From an uncultured Acidobacteriota bacterium (GTDB lineage Bacteria > Acidobacteriota > Vicinamibacteria > Vicinamibacterales > CAVVIG01): a stretch of DNA of 64,000 nucleotides. How positions within the stretch are numbered: position 1 is the stretch's first letter; each line of letters starts with the position of its first letter. The notes below the pieces were generated by a model, which saw only the letters and a list, made by a program, of their open reading frames with translations, did not search any database and was not told the DNA's origin. This document shows positions 47,161 through 56,100 of this stretch, piece by piece. The DNA lies in NCBI GenBank assembly GCA_963728825.1, contig CAVSLA010000003.1:208361-272360 (forward strand), read 5' to 3'. The position numbers were made by a program, and so were the translations under genes.

Positions 47161-47757
47161 CTACGTTCGGTTGGGATTCGCTACGGTCGGTTCGTACTGA
47201 CGCAGCCAGCGGCGTGCGTCGCGGAAGTTCGGACAGGCTTCGGCGACCAGCTTCCAGAATGTCCGCGAGTGATCCATCCGCTTCAGGTGCATCAGCTCGT
47301 GGATCAACACGTAGTCGCGCACCCAGTCCGGCATCGTCACGAGGCGCCAGTTCAGGCAGATGTGTCCGGCGCGTGAGCAGGAACCCCAGCGCCAGCGCTG
47401 GTTGCGGACGCTGATCCGCGACACCGTCAGGCCATGAACGGCCGCGAGCTCCCGCAGGCGGAGCGGCAGCTCGTGTTTCGCGCCCCGCCACAACGCGCGC
47501 GCAATGTCCGGCGGCAGATGTTCACGTGCCTTCGCCTGATCCGCAGTCCAACGTGCGAGCTGATTGTCGATCCACGCGCGCTGCGAGTCGGCAAAGCGCT
47601 CCGCTTCGCGCTTCGATCCCCAACGCGGGATGGTGACGCGGACGCCGCCGTCGCGGGTGACACGCACGATGTAGCGACGGGCTTTGGGGTGACGGACGAA
47701 CAGGATGGCCGGCGGGGAGACGTCAGCTGGCGAATGCGGGAACAACGACAGCTGCAT
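47161..47757 (-). CDS. YgjP-like (DUF45/SprT-like) metallopeptidase
   Basis: Starts MQLSLF at 47757. HELMHL motif and NWRL block. Confidence 0.8.
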   Translation of the reverse strand: MQLSLFPHSPADVSPPAILFVRHPKARRYIVRVTRDGGVRVTIPRWGSKREAERFADSQRAWIDNQLARWTADQAKAREHLPPDIARALWRGAKHELPLRLRELAAVHGLTVSRISVRNQRWRWGSCSRAGHICLNWRLVTMPDWVRDYVLIHELMHLKRMDHSRTFWKLVAEACPNFRDARRWLRQYEPTVANPNRT

Positions 47758-47759
47758 CG

Positions 47760-48545
47760 CTAGTCCGTCGCCAGCGCGCGAGCGGAGCGGAGCCAGAGGC
47801 CGCCGTCGAGAACGAGCGTCACGCCGGTGATCATCGACGCAGCGTCTGAACACAGGAACACGGCAGCGGCAGCGACCTCGTCGATGCGCGCCATCCGGCC
47901 GAGCGGGCAATGCTCCTGAATCAGCTTCTGCGACGCCGGCGTGGTGAGCCGTGCGACACCCTCGGTGCCTTCCACCGGGCCAGGGGCCAGGCCGTTGACG
48001 CGGATCTTCTCCGGTCCCCATTCGACCGCCAGCGTCCGGGTGAGTGAATCGATGCCGGCTTTCGCCGCCGCGGCATGCGACTGCCCCACCGTTCCGAGAA
48101 GTTGCAGCGTCGCGCTGATGTTGAGGATCGCTCCGCCCTGTTTTTTCAGCACCGGGAAGGCCGCTCGCGAGACATTGAACGTGCCTTTGAGATCGATGTC
48201 CACCACGGTGCCGAAGCCGTTCGGCGACAGCTTGTCGGCCATGCAGATGAAGTTGCCAGCCGCGCCGTTCACGAGGATGTCGAGGCGGTCGAAGCGGTCG
48301 ACCGTGCGCGCGACGACGGCGTCGACGTCAGCGGGCACGCGGACGTCACCGGCCACCGCCAGCGACCGGACGCCGACGCGCTCGATTTCGGCCGCAGTCG
48401 GCGCCAGGTGCTCGGCCTTCCGGCTGGTAATCGCCACATCGCACCCGGCCTCGGCCAGCGCCAGCGCGATGCCCCGGCAGATGCCGGTCCCGCCGCCGGT
48501 CACCAACGCCGCCTTGCCACTCAATAGACGATCCGCAAAAAACAT
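47760..48545 (-). CDS. SDR-family oxidoreductase
   Basis: TGGGTGICRG dinucleotide motif and NGAAGNF. 261 aa. Confidence 0.85.
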   Translation of the reverse strand: MFFADRLLSGKAALVTGGGTGICRGIALALAEAGCDVAITSRKAEHLAPTAAEIERVGVRSLAVAGDVRVPADVDAVVARTVDRFDRLDILVNGAAGNFICMADKLSPNGFGTVVDIDLKGTFNVSRAAFPVLKKQGGAILNISATLQLLGTVGQSHAAAAKAGIDSLTRTLAVEWGPEKIRVNGLAPGPVEGTEGVARLTTPASQKLIQEHCPLGRMARIDEVAAAAVFLCSDAASMITGVTLVLDGGLWLRSARALATD

Positions 48546-48557
48546 TGGTCCTTTCCC

Positions 48558-48582
48558 GGCGACCCTACGAGGGTCGCCCTAC
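48558..48582. repeat. REP-like palindrome variant GGCGACCCT-acg-AGGGTCGCC-CTAC
   Basis: Read directly. Intergenic. Confidence 0.7.
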
Positions 48583-48592
48583 GTACGCCCCG

Positions 48593-50101
48593 CTACCAGA
48601 ATCCCACCAGCTTCCACCACGCGAACCCGATCGTCGTCCAGATGACGATGTTCACGACCGACATCGCGAAGCCAACCCGCCACCAGTCGCGCTGCGAGAC
48701 GTAGCCTTCGGCAAACACGATCGGCGCCGTCGTCGTCCCGTAGTGCGTGAGGCCGGCCGTGAGGTTGGCCATGCAGGCCAGCGAATAGACGGCCAGCGTC
48801 GGCGGCGTGCCGAGACCGATCAGCATGACGACGAACGGCGGAAACATCGACAGCATGTGCGCCGTAATGCTCGCGAACGCGTAGTGCGCGTAGAAGTAGA
48901 GCACGATGGTCATGAGCAGAACCGGGAACCAGTTGATCCCGGTGAACCACCCGCCCACATAGCCGGCCAATGCCGCCGTCGATCCGGTCCGGTTCAGCAC
49001 GTCGCCCATCGTCAGCAGTCCGCCGTACCAGACGAAGACGTCCCACGCGTTCTTCTCGGCCAGGGCATCGCTCCAGGTCATCGCGTCGGCGGCCAGCAGC
49101 ACCGCCAGACCCAGAAATGCGACGAGGGTGACGTCGAGCGAGAAGCCAATCAGCCGCGTGTGCCACTGCGACGTGACCCACAGCAGCACGATGCCGCAGA
49201 ACACGCCCAGCACGGTGCGCTCGCGGCTGCTCATCGGGCCCATCCGCTCGAGCTCGCTGCGAGCGTAGGCTGCCGCACCCGGCGTATGCGTGATCTCAGG
49301 TTTGAGCATGCGGTAGACACCCCACGGCACGACCAGACACGAGACGAGGCCCGGCAGCAAGCCGGCCAGCAGCCAACTGGTCCAGGTGATCGTCACCTGT
49401 GCGTACTGCGCCGCCAGCCCGACGGCGAGCACGTTGCTCGCCTGGCCAGTGAGAAACATCGCACAGGCGATGGCGCTGCCCTGGTAGAGACCGGCCATCA
49501 GGAACGTTCCCAGACGGCGCGCGGTCGCTCCCGGATGTGAGTCGTAGAGCTCGGCGATGCTGCGGGTGATTGGCAGCACGATGCCGCCGCTGCGCGCCGT
49601 GATCGACGGAATCCCCGACGCCAAGGTGACGTCGGTCATCACCAGCGAATAGGACACGCCGAGCGAGGTGGTGCCGAACCGCCGCACGAACAGCAGCGCA
49701 ATGCGCCGCGCCAGCCCGGACTCCCGCAGCACCCTCGAGATCATCATGGCGGCGAGCACGAGCCAGACCGACGGCGCCGCAAATCCGGTGAGCGCCTCGG
49801 CCATCGGCATCCGGCCGATCAGCACGAACATCATCAGCCCGATCAGCACGATGACGGCGCCCGGCATCGGCTGCAGCATCAGGCCGGCAATGGTCGCCAG
49901 AAAGATGCCGGTGATCCGCCAGTTCGCCGGCGTCACCGATTCGGGGCGGGGAAAGACGTGGGCGACCAGCAGATAGATGACAACCAGCGCCGCGAACCCT
50001 GCGATGCGACGGCTACGCCCGGATGGTGAGGACGGGTTGACGACCGCGGGGCTAGGGGCGGTGGAGATTTGGGCGGCCACGGACCGCGAGGAGTGTAGCA
50101 C
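48593..50101 (-). CDS. DASS/SLC13-type anion:sodium symporter
   Basis: 502 aa, polytopic, with an internal repeat and blocks typical of divalent anion symporters (recognised by overall pattern only). Confidence 0.75.
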   Translation of the reverse strand: MLHSSRSVAAQISTAPSPAVVNPSSPSGRSRRIAGFAALVVIYLLVAHVFPRPESVTPANWRITGIFLATIAGLMLQPMPGAVIVLIGLMMFVLIGRMPMAEALTGFAAPSVWLVLAAMMISRVLRESGLARRIALLFVRRFGTTSLGVSYSLVMTDVTLASGIPSITARSGGIVLPITRSIAELYDSHPGATARRLGTFLMAGLYQGSAIACAMFLTGQASNVLAVGLAAQYAQVTITWTSWLLAGLLPGLVSCLVVPWGVYRMLKPEITHTPGAAAYARSELERMGPMSSRERTVLGVFCGIVLLWVTSQWHTRLIGFSLDVTLVAFLGLAVLLAADAMTWSDALAEKNAWDVFVWYGGLLTMGDVLNRTGSTAALAGYVGGWFTGINWFPVLLMTIVLYFYAHYAFASITAHMLSMFPPFVVMLIGLGTPPTLAVYSLACMANLTAGLTHYGTTTAPIVFAEGYVSQRDWWRVGFAMSVVNIVIWTTIGFAWWKLVGFW

Positions 50102-50118
50102 CCATTTTTCTTGAATCC

Positions 50119-51415
50119 TTAAGCGGGCTCGGTCTCTGGTTCCACGGGATCGGTGAAGGGCAATCCGTCGGTGAGCTCGCGCGCCTGCAACATGCGCGGA
50201 ACGCGATCGATCGGTTCGAGCGCCTTGATTTCTTCCGTGCCGGCGGTCGCCTGGAGCTCCTTGAAGCGGCGCGCCTTCACCAGGACGTTGCCCTCGAGCG
50301 ATCCGACCGCCTGGTTATAGGCTTCGAGCGAAGATTTGAGCCGCGCGCCGAGCGTGTCGAAGTGGCCGCCGAGGACGCGGACCGCGTCGTACAGACCACG
50401 GCCCAGCTCGCTGATTTTTCGCGCGTTCTCCTCCATCGCCTCCTGCTGCCAGCCGTAGGCGACCGCGCGGAGCAGCGCAATCAAGCGTCGTCGGACTCGC
50501 CGGGATGACCCGCAGCTCGACGCCGAACTCGATGAGCGACGGATCCTGCTCGAGCGCGGCGCTGAAGAACATCTCGCCCGGCAGGAACATCACGACGAAC
50601 TCCGGGCTGGACGGAATGTGCGCGGCGTAATCCTTCGAGGCGAGCTGCGTCAGATGCGTGCGCACCTGCCGTGCGTGATCGCGCAGCAGCGCCTGCCGCG
50701 TGCGTCTCGTCCTGCGCTTCGAGCGCCTTGAGGTACGCGTCGAGCGGAACCTTGGCGTCGACCACGACGTGTTTGCCGCCGGGCAGATTGATGATGACAT
50801 CGGGCCGCATCCGGCGGTCGCCGTTGGTGCTGGTCAGGGTGTGCTGCTCGTCGAAGTCGCAATGCTCGATCATGCCCGCCAGCTCGACGACGCGTTTGAG
50901 CTGGAGCTCTCCCCAGCGGCCGCGCACGCCGGGACGCTTCAGCGCATCGATCAACCGCGCCGTTTCGCTGCGCAGATCGCGTCCCATGGTGTCGAGGGCG
51001 CTCAGCCGCTGCATGAGGGCCGAGCTCGCCCTCGATGCGGCGCCGCTCCGAGTCTTTGAGCTCGCGGTCGACCTGTTCGATCACCTTGGTGAGTGGCGAC
51101 AACCAGATCGTCGATGGCCTTCTTCCGCGCGTCGATATCGGCGGTCGCCTCGGTGCGCGCTTCGCGCAGCCGCGACTCGGCCAGTGCAAAAACGCCTGGT
51201 TGTTCGACTTGCAGCGCCTCGGCCGACATCGACTGAAACGCCTCGCGCATCCGCGCTTCGGCCTCGGCGTAGGTCTTGAGCCGCTCGGCATGCACCGCGC
51301 GCTCTTTCGCAAGTTCGGAGTGGAGTCGGTTGACGGAAGACCGACCAAGAAGCCAGCCCGCCACGGCAGCGGCGGCAATGGCAAACGTGACGAGAGCGAG
51401 GAATGAGAGGGTCAA
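50119..51415 (-). pseudogene. rmuC: rmuC (DNA recombination protein) broken by four frameshifts
   Basis: A continuous RmuC-like sequence can be read only by switching frames near 51100, 51028, 50695 and 50487. These correspond to track ORFs 51002-51415, 50650-51384, 50481-51014, 50315-50800 and 50119-50484. Confidence 0.7.
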
Positions 51416-51505
51416 ATTAGATGTGTCCCGTCCTGCGTGACCAGTGAGCGCAGCGAGTGACGGTGGGGACAGTATCGCATGCGATTCAAGCCAGGCCTGG
51501 CAAAT

Positions 51506-52013
51506 TCAGCGCGAGACGACGAACGGCAACCAGGCCTCGGGCAGCTGCAGCGACGACATTGCGTGAATCGGCGATCGCCCGGCGTCGCGACTGCGAGCCC
51601 TGAGGCGATCCGCTCGAGCGCATGGCGCGCGGCGATTTGTGCGTGGCGCCGCCGGTCGACAAAACGAGCCGCGCCGACGTTCACGCGGCACGAACCGTTG
51701 CGCGCTCGGCGCGAAGACGTTCGAGACGCGCGCGGTTGATCGGCTCGAACGGCAGCGAGTCCTGGAACCGCGCTTCGGAGGCGGTGTTGAGATGGCGCGC
51801 CGCCTGGAGCGCGCGCTCGCGCGCGAGGTCGACGCGGTAGCACTCGAAACACAACGGCGGGGCCGGCGTGTCGCGCGGCGATCGCTTCGGCGCCTGAGCT
51901 GGCCGCTGCCCGCGCGGCGAGCGCGGAGGCGCTCGCGGCAGGACGGGCACATGACCTTGGGCTTCGACCTTCCAGCTCGCCGCCTGGGAACGTAACCCAT
52001 TCTCCTTCAGCAC
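51506..52013 (-). pseudogene. hypothetical gene upstream of rmuC, apparently frame-disrupted
   Basis: Plausible peptide segments lie in three frames (PLCFECYRVDLARERALQAARHL.. / NVGAARFVDRRRHAQIAARHALERIASGL / ..SPIHAMSSLQLPEAWLPFVVSR). The boundaries are uncertain. Confidence 0.3.
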
Positions 52014-52092
52014 TTCCGCGTCCTACGACGATAGTCTGGTGCCTGAACATGCAGCCAGTGTAGGCGAGGGGTGTGACAGGGGGGTCAATCCC

Positions 52093-52224
52093 AGGGCTAA
52101 GGGCTAAGGGCTAAGGGCTCAGGGCTTAGGGCTCAGGGCTTAGGGCTCAGGGCTTAGGGCTTAGGGCTCAGGGCTTAGGGCTCAGGGCTGGGGCTCAGGG
52201 CTTAGGGCTCAGGGCCCAGGGCTG
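52093..52224. repeat. about 19 tandem heptamers AGGGCTN (G-tract array)
   Basis: Read directly. There is one 6-nt unit at 52191-52196. The stop codon of the MetE-like gene (52195-52197) lies inside the array. Confidence 0.9.
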
Positions 52225-53387
52225 GCTGCGAAGAATGGCGGCGGCTTCGGCCATCGCCGCAATCTTCTTTCCGGCTACGTCAGCGGTGTTCATGGCGCGG
52301 CTCGTGAACGTGGCGAAGCCGCAGTCAGGGTTCAGGAACAGCCTTTCGGCGGGGACGTGCTCGAGGACGGTGCCGACCCGGTGGACAATCGCCAGCGGCG
52401 ATTCGACCTCCGCGATCCGCGGGATTCACGACGCCGAGGCCGAACGACTTGCCGTTGACGGGCACGAACTGGCCGGCGCGCGGGGTCGCGTACTCGAGCA
52501 CCAGCTGATCGACGTGCATCTGCTCGAAGTAGCGGCGCCAGCGGATGATACGAGCCCGTGAGCAGCGTCGACTCGTCCTGGCTCCAGTTGCCGCGGCACA
52601 CGTGAAGACCGACGATCGATCGCTGATCGTTCGTCGGTCACTCGACGATCGGCTCGACGACGCGGTTGATCAGCGAGACGGCGAAGGCCAGCTCCTCTGC
52701 CGGGTCCTTGCGCGCGGCGAGCGCGGCGCACATGAAGGTTCGGGTCCGGCCCTGGGTGAACACCAGCTCGGTCAGCACCGGCTCGTCGAGCTGGATGAAG
52801 ACGCGCCGGCGGTCGTGGAGCTCGGCGACTTCCTCGCGCAGCAGCTCGACGACGGCCTCGCCGAGATCCTCCTTGGTGGGATAGGTCTCGCCGCGACACC
52901 TCCTTGACCCACATCGCGCGGGTCAGCAGGTAGGGTCCGGGCAGCGTCACCTTGATCGGACGGTCGGTGTGGCGCCGCAGGAACTCGAAGTCGTCCACTG
53001 CGAGCGGTTCGCGCCGTCGTATCTCGCCGACACAAGTCGGATTGCGAATCGAAAACGCCGGCACGTCGAGCGTCGCCAGCAGCCGGCCGAACCCTTCCTT
53101 GTCCTCGACGACGTCGAGCATCTCGGCAAGCGTCATCAGCTCGCACGCCCTGGAGCTTGTCGGCGACGAACGAATAGAAATTGTCACGACGCTGTTCCCC
53201 GTCGGTGACCAGATCGGCGCCCGCTGCCTCCTGCGCGCGCAACGCGGCGAGCGCCGCCCGATCGGCGACGCGGTCGAATTCGCGCCGGCCAGATCGCCTG
53301 CCGATACTTCAGCGCGAAGGCCCGCAGCAGCTCGGGCGGTCGCGGCCAGCTGCCGACTGTCGTGACCGGAAAGAGCGGCAGCGTCAT
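52195..53387 (-). pseudogene. cobalamin-independent methionine synthase (MetE C-terminal domain)-like gene with at least six frameshifts and one in-frame TGA
   Basis: The sequence reads MTLPLFPVTTVGSWPRPPELL .. ADLVTDGEQRRDNFYSFV .. PIKVTLPGPYLL .. VFIQLDEPVL .. LHVCRGNW .. VDQLVLEY .. LFLNPDCGF only by changing frame near 53300, 53280, 53150, 52905, 52550 and 52425. The TGA is at 52638-52640. Confidence 0.7.
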
Positions 53388-54206
53388 CAAGCGGTGCGCT
53401 CGAAGAACCCTGACTCGCGGGTGGCATCGCCGAGCGCGGCATAACCGGTGGTTCGGCCGGGCAGCCACGCCTTGAGCCCCTCGAGGTCCATCATTTCGCG
53501 ATGCGCCGGGTTGTCGTAGCGCATCCGGAACAGGACGTCGGTCCACTTCGCGGCGCGCTCCGCCGCAAAGTTGTCGAGAATCGTGAAATTGCAGTGGTCG
53601 AACGGCGCGGTCGTCGTCAGAACCTGAAACTGGCTCGGATCGATGGTGCCATCCGCCGACCAGGCGTCCCAATTGAGATCCAGGATGGCGGTTGCCTCGG
53701 TTTCACCACTCTCCAGCGAGCGCAGCGCCTCCCTCTCTCCCCCGATGTGGTCGCCATGCTTGCCGACCAGCAGATCGTGACGCCGGACGCCGTAATCGCG
53801 GCCGGGCACCAGCCCCAGCCCGCGCAGGTGCTGAATCGGCAGGAGCGTTGCCTGCGGCGAGTCGATCGCGCCGGTCGCGAGCATCCGGCCGCGCAGGTCC
53901 TCGACCGCGTTGACCGCACCGTTGCGCCGCACCACGATGTGCGACACCCGGTCGCGGTCGGTGTCGCGCATCGCGATCGCCCGGCAGCGGCCATCGAGCC
54001 GACGCTGGGCGTCGACCCAGGCCAGCGGCGAGTTCCAGGCGATGTCGATGTGGCCGTCGACCAGCGCCGACACCTGCAGCTCGTAGTTGGTGTAGAACAC
54101 GCAGTCGATCGGACAGCCCTCGACCGCGAAAAAGCCTCTTGATGATGTCCCAGATGATCGACACCTTGGGATCGTAGATGACCGCGCCGACCAGAATCGG
54201 TTTCAT
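53387..54206 (-). pseudogene. PhnD/SsuA-like periplasmic-binding-fold protein with one frameshift
   Basis: MKPILVGAVIYDPKVSIIWDIIKR continues as FFAVEGCPIDCVFYTNYELQ in the frame of ORF 53387-54100. The switch is at the A5 run at 54129-54133. Confidence 0.65.
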
Positions 54207-54658
54207 GGAATCACTCGGAGATTGATCGTGACGGAAGCACAGCGGCTCAGGGTGTTGTAAAGCGGGGATCGCACCAGCGTGGTGCGCCAGGCGTGGTCGA
54301 GCGCGGCATCATCGCAGTCGGCGCTGACGTAGACGGTGCCGTCGATCCTGCTGAAACCCGCGTGGCCGTGTTCGCCGACGACGCCGAGCTGGACGAGGAT
54401 GTTGTCGAGTCGACCGTTCAGCGCGATTTCGACCGCGTGCAGCTGGAGCCCTTCGGACGCCGCTGCCCGTTCCAGTCCGCAGACCAGATCGCCGCCCAGC
54501 GCCCCGAGCGCGTATTCAATCGCGCTCGGATAGGGATCGACGTCGCGCAGGCTGGCCTGCGAGCCGACGTCGAACGACTGCCCTCGCGCATAGGCGCGCG
54601 TGACCCGGGTGGCCGTCCGTTGCACGCGGACCGGGAAGACGTGGTCGGTGTCAGGCAT
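54203..54658 (-). CDS. OsmC-like protein
   Basis: Starts MPDTDHVFPV at 54658 (the track ORF is over-extended into the repeat). Size and pattern (SAIEYALGALGGDLVCGL) resemble the OsmC/Ohr fold. ATGA overlap with the next gene. Confidence 0.5.
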   Translation of the reverse strand: MPDTDHVFPVRVQRTATRVTRAYARGQSFDVGSQASLRDVDPYPSAIEYALGALGGDLVCGLERAAASEGLQLHAVEIALNGRLDNILVQLGVVGEHGHAGFSRIDGTVYVSADCDDAALDHAWRTTLVRSPLYNTLSRCASVTINLRVIP

Positions 54659-54666
54659 ACATTCGA

Positions 54667-54797
54667 ATGGCAAATGGCAAATTGCAGATTGCAGATTGCA
54701 GATCGCAATCGCAGATTGCAGAAGTGATGGCGCGTGCGACCTGCTGTTCCGCCGCCCCACCTCTGCAATTTGCAATTTGCAATTTGCCATTTGCAAT
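54667..54797. repeat. inverted pair of heptamer arrays (35-nt arms, 32/35 complementary)
   Basis: The left arm atggcaaatggcaaattgcagattgcagattgcag (54667-54701) is complementary to the right arm ctgcaatttgcaatttgcaatttgccatttgcaat (54763-54797). A 61-nt centre contains further heptamers. Confidence 0.85.
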
Positions 54798-55939
54798 CAG
54801 AATAGGGGCAAGCCCGTCAAGGCGCGTCCGACGAACTCGCGCAGGTGATCGGCGGTCGGCGCCATCACCCAGCCGGCGCGGGCGTCGCGGAAAAAGCGCT
54901 CGAGATCCAGGTGCCGTGAAAACGCCGCCCCGCCGCAGGCTTTCATCGCGAGGTCGGTAACCTCCACCGCCGCCTCGATCGACGCGAGCCGCGTCTGCAG
55001 CACGAACAGCGGCGCTTCCGCCGCGCCGCGCTCGATGACCGTCAGCGTTCGTTCGAGCAGCGCCGCCGCCTGTTCGGTACGGACGCTCATGTCGGCCAGG
55101 CGGGCCCGCAGGGTCGGCAGATCGCGCAGCGCGGTCCCGGTGTGCTCGAACGCGCCAGCCTGGAGATGCGCCGCGGTGGCCGCCAGTGCGGCGCGGCACA
55201 AACCGTTGGCCATTGCCGCGCTGCCGACGCTGAACCACGGCAGGATGACCTGCAGCATCATCGCCGCCCCTTCGCCCTGCGGCGTGATCAGGTCCTCGCC
55301 CGCCACGGTGGCGCTCTGAATGGATACCGGCGCCGAATCGTTGCCGCGCAGGCCGAGACCGTCGAACGGTTTCTGCACGCGAACCGCCCCGTCCAGCCGT
55401 CGAAGCAGGAACAGCGTCGACTCGAGCGGCGAGGCGGCCGCCGGCTGCTGCGCGCTCGTCACATACGAGTGCGCATGGCCCGCCGAGGTCACCCACGACT
55501 TCTCCGCCGACACGCTCAGATGCCCATTCGACTGGACCAGGCGCGAGACCGGTGCCCAGAACTGCGAGCGCGATCCCTTTTCAGAAAGCGCGAGCGTTGT
55601 CAGATGACGTCCGGCGGCGATCTCGTGCAGCAGATCGTCTTTCCCGCGGAAGCTGGTCGACGCGGCAATCGCCTGGGCGGCGCTGACGTGCATCACGAAC
55701 ACCATCGCCGTCGAGCTGCAGCCGCCGGCGAGAGTCTCGGCCACCGCGGCAAATTCGCGCAGGCCTTTGCCGCCGCCGCCGAACTCGGCCGGCACACACA
55801 TGCCGAACAGCTCAGGGCCGAGCGCGGCGACGCTTTCGCTTGGAAAGCGGCCGTTGCTGTCGACGTCGCGGGCGTGCTCTTTCAGGATGCCGGCAGCAAG
55901 TGCGGCGGCGCGTTGTTCAAGTGTCTGGCTAGTGGACAT
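54797..55939 (-). CDS. acyl-CoA dehydrogenase family protein
   Basis: GAGGAGG precedes the ATG at 55939 (the ORF is open to 56059). 380 aa with ACAD-like blocks (recognised by overall pattern). Confidence 0.8.
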   Translation of the reverse strand: MSTSQTLEQRAAALAAGILKEHARDVDSNGRFPSESVAALGPELFGMCVPAEFGGGGKGLREFAAVAETLAGGCSSTAMVFVMHVSAAQAIAASTSFRGKDDLLHEIAAGRHLTTLALSEKGSRSQFWAPVSRLVQSNGHLSVSAEKSWVTSAGHAHSYVTSAQQPAAASPLESTLFLLRRLDGAVRVQKPFDGLGLRGNDSAPVSIQSATVAGEDLITPQGEGAAMMLQVILPWFSVGSAAMANGLCRAALAATAAHLQAGAFEHTGTALRDLPTLRARLADMSVRTEQAAALLERTLTVIERGAAEAPLFVLQTRLASIEAAVEVTDLAMKACGGAAFSRHLDLERFFRDARAGWVMAPTADHLREFVGRALTGLPLF

Positions 55940-56100
55940 CAGGACTCCTCCTCGGTACAGAAAAACCGGGTGCGCTGAATTGGGGATCAGCGAAAGAGGA
56001 GGAGAACGATGTCGTTCGGCGTTCGTCGTTCGGCGCACAGCCGTCGAACGACGAACCATCCAATTGCGGAGCGAAACGACGAACGATCTGGAACTGCGGG

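Noticed and set aside
52093-52224. CRISPR array, or a eukaryotic telomere or contamination, as explanations for the AGGGCTN array (and a CRISPR array for 54667-54797)
   Set aside because: The units are 7 nt with no spacers and there are no cas genes, so these are not CRISPR arrays. The repeat is embedded between bacterial genes and overlaps a bacterial stop codon, so it is not a chromosome end or foreign DNA.
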